61,790 nucleotides of DNA, filler included, from Globobulimina sp. (GCA_003354225.1; 25 parts of 25 records of this genome joined end to end with filler, not necessarily neighbours in it); one strand, 5' to 3'. Shown: positions 12,385-22,887, numbered from the whole stretch's first letter. The notes: generated by a model from the sequence alone, not told the origin. Program-made: numbers and translations.

Positions 12385-12480
12385 ACTTTTCGTGATAATT
12401 CTACTTTTCGTGAAATTTGCATACAACTTGTATAGGAGATATACTTTTCGTGACAAATACTTTTCGTGAAATTTTCGTGA
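12385..12480. repeat. Cluster of five TTTTCGTGA motifs, resembling a transposon subterminal repeat or binding-site array
   Basis: Copies at about 12387, 12405, 12445, 12461 and 12472, four of them preceded by AC. Confidence 0.7.
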
Positions 12481-12769
12481 ATATCCAAGTGCTAGAATTT
12501 CAGCCTTTTTACCTTCAGTTGTGGTACAAAATTCAATCAGGGCGTAAAGTCTGATTCCAGAGTCATCCAATATTTTCAGAAATAAGCAACTAAGTACTTT
12601 TCAGAACAAACAGATGTGACATATTACAGCTATCAATCAAACGGATTTGTGAATCTCCGCAAAGGCAAAATATGATGGTTCTATGCAGCATTTAAAAAAT
12701 TTACATATTAAAAACATCACTTTCAGACAATAAAAAACAACGTACAGAAAAAAAACAACGTACAGAATA

Positions 12770-14044
12770 TCATTTATCGCATTTAAACATAAAGCGATGT
12801 TTAATTGTTTCCCAAACCAATGGATGTACGTGTTTCATATGATTAGTTTGCGCAGATTTCGAACTATAGCTCGAGTTACAAATAGTACAAACATACTGCT
12901 TCGATCCATCTACAAAAATGATACATAGAATATGTAACAAACAACAAACAACAACAAAGCAAAACACTTAACTATGAATCAGCCGATGTTGTCTCATAAG
13001 CGTTTGCTTTGAAAATGCTTTGAAACAAACAGGGCATTTATAACATTTGTCGCGTAAACCATTCAAATTCTCACCACACGAACTGTATATAAAATACAAT
13101 AAAATATATAACATTAAATTGAACAGCAAACAACAAGGGAGTAAGTAACATATGGATTGTCCGCAAAAAAAGAGTAAGTAACAAGGGAGTCAGATAAAGA
13201 GAAAACGGATTGTCCGCAAAAAAAATGGACAGATTGTAACACTAACAACAGCAAAATAACATAACTTATTCAAGCGTTGTTGGAACGCATTCTGTGCTAT
13301 ATTCTTATTGGAGTGTGTGCGGATATGTTGCTTTAAGTTGCCGCGATGTACAAACTCTTTTCCGCAAAATGGACAAGTGGGGAATTCATGTTTGGTCTGC
13401 TCATGTTGTTTTTTTTCATGTACTAAGAGATTATATCTATTTTTGAAATGTTTCCCGCACGTTACACAATAACAACTCTGCGGCTCCTTGCTGGTTTCAC
13501 AGGTGGTACCAGCTTCTAATTTGGGCAAAGCAGGCAATGTGGTGCTAGTGCTGGTGGCCGTGGATGGAGAGATGGAGGACATGGAGCTGGTGGAAGGAGG
13601 TATATGCACTGGCATAGTATTATTATTATTGCATTGTTGCAACATATAACTGATGAAATTTTGTATATTTATATCGTTGATATTGGGATTATTTTCTGTA
13701 TGGATTGCTTTTGGGATATTTATGTTTCTCGAAATGTTATTGAGTTTCAGATTGGTAATGTTTGTATTGTTAGTGTTTACATTCATTTGTGCGCAATGTA
13801 TTTGCGGTTTTGGTATAGCTGGAATTAATAAAATGTTTGCTGGCGGCATGTGGATAGGGTTAGAGGTTGGATAGAATGGTTGTGTTGTGATTGGTGGTGG
13901 TATGGTGAATGTATGGTTTATTAATATTGGTTGTGGATTTAGTGCGGTAAATGTAGGAGTTAATATGAATTGTTGTGGTGGTGATATGATTGGTGTTGGA
14001 GTATATGGCAATTGATTTTGTAGGATGGTAATTAATTGATCCAT
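12770..14044 (-). CDS. C2H2 zinc-finger transcription factor (4 fingers, Pro/Ile/Asn-rich N-terminus), 3 exons
   Basis: Exons 14044-13266, 13082-12973 and 12909-12770, with GT-AG introns. Fingers are CVTC..HEKKQH, CPFC..HIRTH, CPVC..HRLIH and CTIC..HMKHVH. Confidence 0.9.
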
Positions 14045-14337
14045 GTTGGGTTTCGTGGACGAACGACAAGTTTTCAATCTCAAATGTTGAAACAATGGCG
14101 ATCTAAACGAATCTGAACGAATCAAAAGTGCAGAATTATGACGTGAAAAAGTCGGAGTGTTGAAAGGTAACTAGGTTTTTTTTCCCTGCTATTTTAAAAA
14201 CATCTCGAACATATTTTTATTGGGGTAAGGCTGGGGTAAGGTAGAAACAAACGGTTTCTGCCACTTTCTGGTGACTGACAAAGGTAAACATTATAGATTT
14301 GGCTTACATTAAATTGCGGTGTATAAGTTTGTCATTT

Positions 14338-14760
14338 TCAATAGAATTTCTTTTTCTTTTTCTTTTTCTTTTTTTTCTGTGAATTATAATTATCATTACT
14401 GTTCGAAGTCAGTTTTGTTTGATTAGCATCGTCATCAAAATTAAATGAACCCAGCATATCGTGATCATTCCAAGAACGTATAATATCATTATCACGCAAT
14501 GATTTTGCATCAATATTATCCACCACCATCATATTTTTGTTTTCATTCTCTTTTTCATCCATTTGTTCAACTTTATCATTTATGTTATTATTACCCTCAA
14601 AGTTATCATCATTTAATCGCATTCTTTTATTATTTGTATTATCCTCATTTTCATCCATTAGGTCTTGTCTTGCTCTCTTTCTCTGATTGCTATTAATATC
14701 AATATGTGTATCAACAGTGTCCAATGTACCTGCAGCTGACTTACATTTTTGTTCAGTTGA
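14338..14760 (-). CDS. C-terminal low-complexity part of an uncharacterised, likely nuclear protein (Asn/Asp-rich, poly-Lys tail)
   Basis: Open from the contig edge; contains RKRAR and KRMR basic clusters and ends in K10-FY. Confidence 0.55.
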   Translation of the reverse strand, partial: STEQKCKSAAGTLDTVDTHIDINSNQRKRARQDLMDENEDNTNNKRMRLNDDNFEGNNNINDKVEQMDEKENENKNMMVVDNIDAKSLRDNDIIRSWNDHDMLGSFNFDDDANQTKLTSNSNDNYNSQKKKKKKKKKKFY

Positions 14761-14860
14761 NNNNNNNNNNNNNNNNNNNNNNNNNNNNNNNNNNNNNNNN
14801 NNNNTTAATTAATTAANNNNNNNNNNNNNNNNNNNNNNNNNNNNNNNNNNNNNNNNNNNN

Positions 14861-15184
14861 GTGCGCACGTTGGAAGAGGCTGACGAAATACTCATGGAAC
14901 AAATCGAGCGTATTGTCAAAGAAGGAATCACCCAACAAGAACTAGACAAGGCAAAAAAGCAGGCCCGTGCAGCCTTTGCTTATGGCACAGAGAGCGTCAC
15001 TAACCAAGCCTACTGGTTGGCGCAATCGGCGGCATTGCATGATTACGAATGGAACGAAAAATATGTTTCACGGCTGGAAGCGGTCACAGTCGACGATATC
15101 CACGAAGCAGCCCAACGTTATTTTGTGTCCAAACAACGCATTACTGGCTGGCTTGTCCCCACCGGCATGGAGGAAATCGAATAG
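14861..15184 (+). CDS. Bacterial M16 (insulinase/pitrilysin family) peptidase, C-terminal fragment
   Basis: GITQQELDKAKKQ...YVSRLEAVTVDDIHEAAQRYF is a typical M16 C-terminus. GC is higher and there are no introns. Confidence 0.85.
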   Translation: MRTLEEADEILMEQIERIVKEGITQQELDKAKKQARAAFAYGTESVTNQAYWLAQSAALHDYEWNEKYVSRLEAVTVDDIHEAAQRYFVSKQRITGWLVPTGMEEIE

Positions 15185-15350
15185 ATGATTGCCAAAAATA
15201 TTGTTTATGCCCTGCCCGGTGTCGATAATGTTTCTCGCGTTAAGCTGGAAAACGGCATCACCGTCTTGATCTATGAAAATCATAATGTGCAGTCGGTGTT
15301 TATGGTCGGTTCTTTGCAGGCCGGGAGCATTTATGAAACCAGCGAACAAA
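15185..15350 (+). CDS. Second bacterial M16 peptidase subunit, N-terminal fragment, truncated by a chimeric junction
   Basis: ATG directly follows the upstream TAG, with a GGAGG Shine-Dalgarno about 10 nt upstream. Reads LPGVDNVSRVKLENGITVLIYENH...AGSIYE. Confidence 0.85.
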
Positions 15351-15512
15351 ATGTTTCGTTTAAACGTTAAGGATGGAGGAAAATGTACAGACAAATTTAT
15401 TAAATCAATACAAATCGAGTTGAATAGTTTTTAGACATCTTCACCAAAAAAATTTGAAACATTTTATTCAATTTTATTCAATTTTATTCAACAAGAATGA
15501 AACATATATTTA

Positions 15513-17030
15513 TCACCATGGCTGTAACTCCATATCGTTTGAATCAGACAAGTTATTGGCTCCAATGATAGCAAGATCGCATATCCACCATATCAATAAA
15601 GCATAGCAACAACATCCAGACACGCCAAGGGCCCCAGTCCCAATATCTTCAGAACCATCCAACATTGCAATACCACACACACCACAACAACACACAAACA
15701 CAAACATAATCACTTGCCATGCCCCGCCACCACCATCCCCAACATAAAAACGACCCGCCCCAAACCAGCCAAAAAAGAACGTTAAACAAAATGCAGTCAC
15801 TTGTGTTTTCTCCGAATATGGATTTTCTGTCGGAAAATCCGATGGCCTCAATGTTGGGAAATACGATGGTCTCAATGTTGGACTCTCACTGGGATAAAAC
15901 GTTGGCGTTGTCGTTGGATATTTTGTGGGTTTCAAAGTTGGCGATCTTGTTGGCTTTGGATTGGGACTCATTGACGGATATTTTGTCGGTGAGTCAGTCA
16001 TAAAACCACACAACAACGCTGCTATGATATTTGATTTATTGTTATCGTGTATTAAGGGCCCAATGTTGCATTGAGTCTGTGTTATAATTTCGTTATTTTT
16101 ATCGTTATTTATGAAATCATTGATATCAATAAAAGCTTGATTCAAATAAATTGTATAATTAATACTTATATCGATAATATATGCATAATTTGCAAAATCA
16201 AATTGCCGGCAAACATAAAATATAACTTTTGAAGAATAACTATCCGTACAATCATATGCTTTCAATTGCTGATAATCCACAGATTGAAGGTCTTCATTGG
16301 CATTGTTAGATATACTGTAAATTCTGCTGTATTTATTGACTGCTTTATTAGTGAAATAGTCACAAATGCCAAGAAACAAATTAATATTCCATTTCGAGCT
16401 GACATAGGGAACTAATGATTGACTGTACGATTGGCAGAGCATATTGTCCGTAATATCATTGTTATGCGATGGCTTCCATACTGCTTCAATGATAAATGCG
16501 TTGTTTGTGTCCAACGAAGTGTTATATTGAAACAGAGAGCCGGCGCAGGCACAGCAGGCCTCAAATGCATTAAATTCAGATGCGTCTTCTAAAATAAATA
16601 TTTTTGAAGTCTGATTAAAAGTATTTTCACATATTCCACCGACTGAATACTTATCGCAACCGTCCAAATATTTGTCGCGCCATAAGGAGGGGTAATTTGT
16701 GCATTGTGTCTGTTGTGTGACGTTGTGATACCAAAAAGATGCCACAACTGGTGACGAATTAAAATATTGGAAATCACAGAAATTGTTTAATAAATAACAT
16801 CGGGATGGGTCATTAGTTACGTCATGTTTTAAATATTCAAACCAAAGTGTTCCTTTACAAATTGTTGTGTTTTGGCATCTATCGTGACATTGCAACAATG
16901 ATAATTCATATTCAACTTCAAACGCGGATGATAATATATCGCAACTGTAATTTGGATGGTCTTTCCAGATAATCGATTTTGTGATGGTAGGATCTGGATA
17001 TGTAAATAATACAAATAAGCAGACAAACAT
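15513..17030 (-). CDS. TM2-domain membrane protein with signal peptide, PAN/apple-like and Cys-rich ectodomains and a P-T/S stalk
   Basis: TM2 motif KTQVTAFCLTFFFGWFGAGRFYVG...WWICD, PTxxPT repeats, and a W-x-D...C..Y...C...EACCAC module. Start at 17030, alternatively 17048 or 17069. Confidence 0.8.
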   Translation of the reverse strand: MFVCLFVLFTYPDPTITKSIIWKDHPNYSCDILSSAFEVEYELSLLQCHDRCQNTTICKGTLWFEYLKHDVTNDPSRCYLLNNFCDFQYFNSSPVVASFWYHNVTQQTQCTNYPSLWRDKYLDGCDKYSVGGICENTFNQTSKIFILEDASEFNAFEACCACAGSLFQYNTSLDTNNAFIIEAVWKPSHNNDITDNMLCQSYSQSLVPYVSSKWNINLFLGICDYFTNKAVNKYSRIYSISNNANEDLQSVDYQQLKAYDCTDSYSSKVIFYVCRQFDFANYAYIIDISINYTIYLNQAFIDINDFINNDKNNEIITQTQCNIGPLIHDNNKSNIIAALLCGFMTDSPTKYPSMSPNPKPTRSPTLKPTKYPTTTPTFYPSESPTLRPSYFPTLRPSDFPTENPYSEKTQVTAFCLTFFFGWFGAGRFYVGDGGGGAWQVIMFVFVCCCGVCGIAMLDGSEDIGTGALGVSGCCCYALLIWWICDLAIIGANNLSDSNDMELQPW

Positions 17031-17338
17031 GGTTTTAAAGGGTTTCATTAAAAAGTACAGTGAAAACATCTTAAAAACTCAATAACATCAGAATAAATTT
17101 GTTCTGACTTTGTTCTGGATTTGCAAACCCAAGACAAACATATAGCAAACAGTTTCTGGATTTGAAAAGCGCTTCTCAGATAATTGAATAAAATGTATAC
17201 AACTTATCTTGTGGAATATATCGTTTAAATAAATCTNNNNNNNNNNNNNNNNNNNNNNNNNNNNNNNNNNNNNNNNNNNNTTAATTAATTAANNNNNNNN
17301 NNNNNNNNNNNNNNNNNNNNNNNNNNNNNNNNNNNNGC

Positions 17339-19624
17339 GGTGGCAAGAAGCACAACTACAGCAAACAAGATATATTTGAGCGCAAATTATGTGTTTTAAT
17401 CTGTAAATTGACGCCCGATCGGTTTGACAAAGTGCTCGCGAAAATGCTGGAGTTTATGGACAATCACGTTCAGACTCAGAATGAGCTGAAAATAATCGTG
17501 GATAAAACCTTGCGTTTCACGCTCAATCAAGCGTATATCTCGAGTTTGACCGCCAAATTATTCTTGCATTTCTACGACTATTTGCCGCGTTTAATAATGA
17601 CGCAACAATATCAGCAACATTTATGGGACACGAATGACACGGACATATCGCAGACGTTTAGGAAAATATTAATCGTCGCATTGGAGAAGCTATTCAACGA
17701 ATTCATTGCAAATATAAACAAAATGTACGCTGCTGAAACGGCAGAAGTGGCAGAAAAGAAATGTGACGTCGAGGATGAGGCCGATGTGGAGCTCGAGGCA
17801 GAGAGTGAAAACCCGGAAAAAGAAAGGCTGAAAACAGATTTCTTTGCCTTGATGGAGATCGTTGGCGAGATATATAACGTGGATTTAATCCATGTTCGTG
17901 TGTTACGCAAAGGCATTTTCGACAATTTATTGGTGGCCAGCCACAACATCGTGGTCAATATCGAAGCGATGTGTGTGTTGTTTAAGAGCTGCGGCAAGAA
18001 ATTAGATTTAATCGAAGGGCGGTTTGTGGATAAATATATCAGCAAAATCTACGCCATGTGCAATGATATCGAAATGAATCAGCATCGCAGTCGGCGCGCG
18101 CGGCATTGTCTGGATATTATGAACGAAGTGAAAGCGATTCGGAGCAATAACTGGGTCATTCACAGGAAACTGGCACATAATCAGAAGTATAAAACTGTCA
18201 AGTTCTTCAGCTTCCCGCTCGATGAGATCCGAGAGGAAGAGATCAATGGTTATGAATATTCCAACGGCTATGCCGACGGCTACGGCTACGACTTTACTGA
18301 GAGCAAAATGAATAAGTACAAAGTGCCGGGCATGGATACGTTGACCAAATGCTATGGCTTTGACAGCGCTGCCAACAAAATGGTGGGCATCAACGACGCC
18401 ATTGGCTTCATAAAGTGTATGGAGTTTGGCTACGAAGGCTCGAGCTATACGTTGGGCGACGATGGCACCTTAATGGTGCATGGAAATAACAAGTTTGGGC
18501 AGTTGGGCATCGAGAATGAGATAATTTTGATGATTTTGAAAGCGTGGGATGTCCACCATATTATCAATAAAATCCGCGATATCTCATACTTGATCACGTC
18601 CTTTGTGGATGGCTTGAAGTATGTTCGTGAACGGGTGGAGAGAGCGGACAGTTTGCTGATTGTGAATGATATCACCGGCGGGGACCAGGGGCAGTTGATA
18701 TCGCGCGGCATTGCGTCGCGCCATCGGTTCATACTGACGACCAGCGATCAGCTGTACGGTGCGGGCTGTAATACCTTTAATCAGTTGGGTCATTACGAGG
18801 TAAACAATGAGATCAATAATCAGAATCTGAATACGTCCGCCTCGCAGTACGAGAATAAGAATTCTTGGGTGAAAGTTAACTATTTCACCGAGAATAACAT
18901 TAAATTGTCGCAGATTGAATGTGGTTACTCGACGAGCACTTTTTTGAGCGAAGATGGCTGTATTTATACGGTGGGATACTCGTCGTTTGGCAATTTGGGT
19001 TTGGGCGATAAACGCAATAAGATTACGAAAATCAGCAAGATATTCACCATCAAGACAAAGATCCAGCATATTTCGTGCGGCTTTGATCATACACTGTGCA
19101 TAAATGAGTATCGCTATGTGTTGTCATTTGGGGATAACGGCTTTGGGCAGTTGGGACATGCGCATTTGATGCAAAATCGGCGGCAGAAACCAAAGGAAAT
19201 TGAGTATTTCCATAAGAATAACATCCATGCGATTGAGATTTGTTGCGGTGCCTTTCATTCGCTTGTGTTGGATTGTAATGGGAAGATCTATTGTTTTGGC
19301 TATAATTTGAGCTATCAGTGTCATTATAACAATGATGACGAAGATTTGAATATCTGTACGCCGAAAATGAATGAAACTTTGCATAATATCGATAAGATTA
19401 CAAATATAAAATGCGGCGCATTTCATAATATTGTCGAGACTCAACAGAATCAATGGTATTTGTGGGGTGATAATAGAAATAAACAATGTCTTGTTTATGA
19501 TTCGAAATCGCAATTTGTTAAAGTGCCGACTAAATATCATCAACGGGATATTTCGGAAAATGAATCGATCATTGATATGTTTCCTGGATACGAAAAAACC
19601 ATAATATTTACACTGCAAAATTAA
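17339..19624 (+). CDS. eIF4G-type MIF4G domain fused to RCC1-like repeats, 5' partial
   Basis: KLTPDRFD...FRKILI...EIVGEIY...NIEAMCVLFKSCGKKLD...IRSNNW marks the MIF4G domain. Repeated GxNxFGQLG and IxCGxxHS/T motifs mark RCC1 repeats. Confidence 0.85.
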   Translation, partial: GGKKHNYSKQDIFERKLCVLICKLTPDRFDKVLAKMLEFMDNHVQTQNELKIIVDKTLRFTLNQAYISSLTAKLFLHFYDYLPRLIMTQQYQQHLWDTNDTDISQTFRKILIVALEKLFNEFIANINKMYAAETAEVAEKKCDVEDEADVELEAESENPEKERLKTDFFALMEIVGEIYNVDLIHVRVLRKGIFDNLLVASHNIVVNIEAMCVLFKSCGKKLDLIEGRFVDKYISKIYAMCNDIEMNQHRSRRARHCLDIMNEVKAIRSNNWVIHRKLAHNQKYKTVKFFSFPLDEIREEEINGYEYSNGYADGYGYDFTESKMNKYKVPGMDTLTKCYGFDSAANKMVGINDAIGFIKCMEFGYEGSSYTLGDDGTLMVHGNNKFGQLGIENEIILMILKAWDVHHIINKIRDISYLITSFVDGLKYVRERVERADSLLIVNDITGGDQGQLISRGIASRHRFILTTSDQLYGAGCNTFNQLGHYEVNNEINNQNLNTSASQYENKNSWVKVNYFTENNIKLSQIECGYSTSTFLSEDGCIYTVGYSSFGNLGLGDKRNKITKISKIFTIKTKIQHISCGFDHTLCINEYRYVLSFGDNGFGQLGHAHLMQNRRQKPKEIEYFHKNNIHAIEICCGAFHSLVLDCNGKIYCFGYNLSYQCHYNNDDEDLNICTPKMNETLHNIDKITNIKCGAFHNIVETQQNQWYLWGDNRNKQCLVYDSKSQFVKVPTKYHQRDISENESIIDMFPGYEKTIIFTLQN

Positions 19625-19812
19625 ATAAATTACTTACTATAACTTACTATATTAAATTTATTACGTTATTGTTTCTTTAGTGTTTTTTTTTTATGATACT
19701 ATTCTATTCTCTNNNNNNNNNNNNNNNNNNNNNNNNNNNNNNNNNNNNNNNNNNNNTTAATTAATTAANNNNNNNNNNNNNNNNNNNNNNNNNNNNNNNN
19801 NNNNNNNNNNNN

Positions 19813-20982
19813 CAATTTGGACTACCATAATCCCCATACATATCACATAAGTCAGCATATGACGCCTCATCATCATAACACACATCCCAATTATAATTAT
19901 AATCGCCGCATCTAAATCGATATTCAGTCCACCCGCAGGTATACGTAACATCAGAAATTAAATACAATCTCTGCCTGGCTAAACTATTGACACATAAGCC
20001 AATAAATAATATTAATAAAGCGATAGCGCCTAACACTGCAGATGCGGTCCTTTGTGATTTCACACTCTGTGCCATGGGCACGCCGTTATTTGTGGCACCG
20101 GCTGCGACCACAGCCCCTGGTCCGGCCGCTGGTGTAGCCCCGGGGTACGATGCTGTAGTGGTTGTAGTTGGCGCTGCAACTGGATTGCCATATTGGTCCA
20201 CATATTTGATGTTTGGTTGAGCCGCTGCTGCGCCGCCTGCGCCCACCGGTGGCGCCACAGGATTGCCGTATTGGTCTACGTATTTTATGTTTGCAGCGGA
20301 TTGTGGAGCTTGAACGCCGGTGGGTGCTGCCACGGGATTGCCGTATTGGTCTACGTATTTGATGGCAGGCTGTGTTGGTTGTGCTTGGACGCCGGTTGGG
20401 GCTGCCACGGGATTGCCATATTGATCTACGTATTTCACATTTGCTGCTTGCGGCGGGTTAACTGGATTGCCTGTGGTGCATTAAGTATATTTATATGTGT
20501 ACAGTAGTGAAATTGTAAGGGAAAGGGTAGAATTTAGTGTGTTTTGTAATTTGTACCGTTTTGGTCCACGTATTTGATACTTGCAGCTGGTGGGGGATTA
20601 ACTGGATTGCCTGCGAGGATATGCGTGTATGTTAGTGCTGATAAATAAGTGTATACATTTGTAGGTTGTTTATACCGTTTTGATCCACGTATTGTACATT
20701 AGCAGCTTGTGGTGGTGCTACGGGCTGACCTGTCATGTTTGGAAATTAAATTTTATGTTTTCTATATGGATGTATATTGTATAGAATATAGATACCATTT
20801 TGATCGACATATTTGATGCTTGGAGCAGTTTGTGGTGATGGAGCTGAAGGATTTGATATTGGAGCTTGTGAATTATATGGTGCTGATGGAGCTTGTGAAT
20901 TATATGAAGGAGGTGGTGCTCCTCCTACTCCTTCGCCGTTATCCATTGCGGAATATGCTGGAGGTGGTGCGTTAGATGCCAT
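19813..20982 (-). CDS. Membrane protein with PPxY motifs, seven YVDQ[NY]G[NQ]PV repeats and a claudin/PMP22-like first TM and loop; 4 exons, 3' partial
   Basis: Exons 20982-20796, 20729-20676, 20610-20557 and 20470-19813, all joined by phase-1 GT-AG introns. Contains PPPAY and PPPSY; TM AVLGAIALLILFIGLCV is followed by a CGW...C...C loop. Confidence 0.8.
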
Positions 20983-21044
20983 TATTTAAGTAGTGCAAGG
21001 AGATGATTGTTTTTTTTGAGTAAACTATTACACTACAAGCCATC

Positions 21045-22188
21045 ATGACGAATGCTGTAGCCATAATTGAAGATTTGATTAAATTTATAGGCAATGGTGA
21101 TCAAGATGACCTCAAATCAGATGCTTGCATGAATGCAGGTAAACATACACATATACATAAATATGACATTTTCAGCTATATAATATTATATAAAAAGGTC
21201 CAGCAATCGAATCAAATCAATATAAATTCAAAGGCAGTATCCAAACATTAAAAGCTGCCCAAGATTCAAGCTCAAAATTATCCGATCTCGAAGTATATTA
21301 TTCAGCGCAAATTGACCCAAAACAAAATATTAAAAACGCGGTCATACTCTTCTATGACATCTTTGGTTGGAACACCAAAAATAAAAACGTTTTCGAATTA
21401 TGCGACAAGATCTTCGCCCAAGGAAACGGCCAATATTATGTCATTATGCCTGATATCTATCGCGGTAATGGCTGGCCAGTAAATAAAGAAATAAAAATGG
21501 ACGAAATCATGGCCTGGGCCGCCAAAGTAGCAACGTTTGAAATTGTAACCGATGACATGTCTGAACGAATATTACCTGCATTGCGACAAAATAAAATTGA
21601 AAATATATGTTTTGTGGGGTTATGCTGGGGCGGCACTATGGGTTTTAGATTAGGACAATTAGCTACAGCTCATTCAGATATGTTTGCCGGTTTAGCCTCC
21701 ATCCATGGCTCCAGAATCAATGACGAGTTATGCCAGAATATGAAGATACCGGTTTGTTACTGTCCCACTGCCAAAGATCAGCCACTCGAAGCGGTTAAAA
21801 GTATATTAGATACAAAAGGGTTTGGTGCAAAATGTGTGTATAAGTTATATGAGAATATGTGCCATGGTTTTACCGCCGGTCGGGGCGATTATAATAACAA
21901 AGAGAATCTCGAAGCGGTGACTGATGTGGTGAACCTCGCGAGCACTTTTTTCAAATCTGTGTTTAATAAAAGTGATGCGGACGACAGTAAGTGTGATGCT
22001 GATGATGTTAAAGTGGCATTTGGTGGAAGGAAGCAGGCGGATACAACGGATTTGACTGAGGCCGCAAATGCGGTGCGGGATGATGTGCAGAAAATGGATG
22101 ATGAGAAGTTTAGCTGTTATGAGGTTGTAAGTGGGCATAAACAGGTTGTTGCGGGGATTAATTATCAAATTAAAGTGCGAGTTGGGGA
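21045..22188 (+). CDS. Dienelactone hydrolase family protein fused to a C-terminal cystatin (stefin-like) domain; 2 exons, 3' partial
   Basis: Intron 21139-21197. Hydrolase motifs YDIFGW, VIMPDIYRG, nucleophile GLCWGG and HGF, then in frame FGG...QVVAGINYQIKVRVG. Confidence 0.88.
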
Positions 22189-22497
22189 NNNNNNNNNNNN
22201 NNNNNNNNNNNNNNNNNNNNNNNNNNNNNNNNTTAATTAATTAANNNNNNNNNNNNNNNNNNNNNNNNNNNNNNNNNNNNNNNNNNNNCCGGGCCTAATA
22301 TACCTTATAATTAACATTTCATATTTCATCATGCGTTAAAAAATGTTTTTAACATTATTAATAAAATGTTATCTTTTAACATTTTATTTATAACCTATTT
22401 TCCTTCCTATCTCCCAATGGTTATTATCATTTTAGTGATCCATGGAACCACGTGCATGGAACAAACATAAATAATGAGATATTACAATGAGATATTA

Positions 22498-22887
22498 CCT
22501 GAGTCTGAAAAAGAAGCTACAAAATATGGATCTCTACTCGAAGTAAACAGCATACTTGCAAACAATGATATTTAATATTATTACGACATCATCATACAAT
22601 CGCAGATGTATAAATACTGCTTCTTTATATCATTGATAAACTTATGGGGTATAATATTTCCATATCTAAACTTTGCATATGTTGATCGCAATGTGAAAGC
22701 GGTCCATGATTGAACGATAACATCTAGTTACTGCTTTCACATTGCGATCAACATATGCAAAGTTTACTGCTTTCACATTGCGATCAAGTATACATCTTCG
22801 ATTGTATGATGATGTCATAATAATTTGCAAGTATGCTGTTTACTTCGAGTAGAGATCCATATTTTGTAGCTTCTTTTTCAGACTCTG
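22498..22887. mobile_element. Foldback/MITE-like non-autonomous DNA element, Tc1/mariner-like (TA-flanked)
   Basis: Perfect inverted arms of about 62 bp (22501-22562 and 22824-22885), further imperfect inner arms and an inner 34-bp inverted repeat. TA lies at 22496-97 and 22888-89, and the right end reads TA-CAGAGTCTG on the minus strand. Confidence 0.7.
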
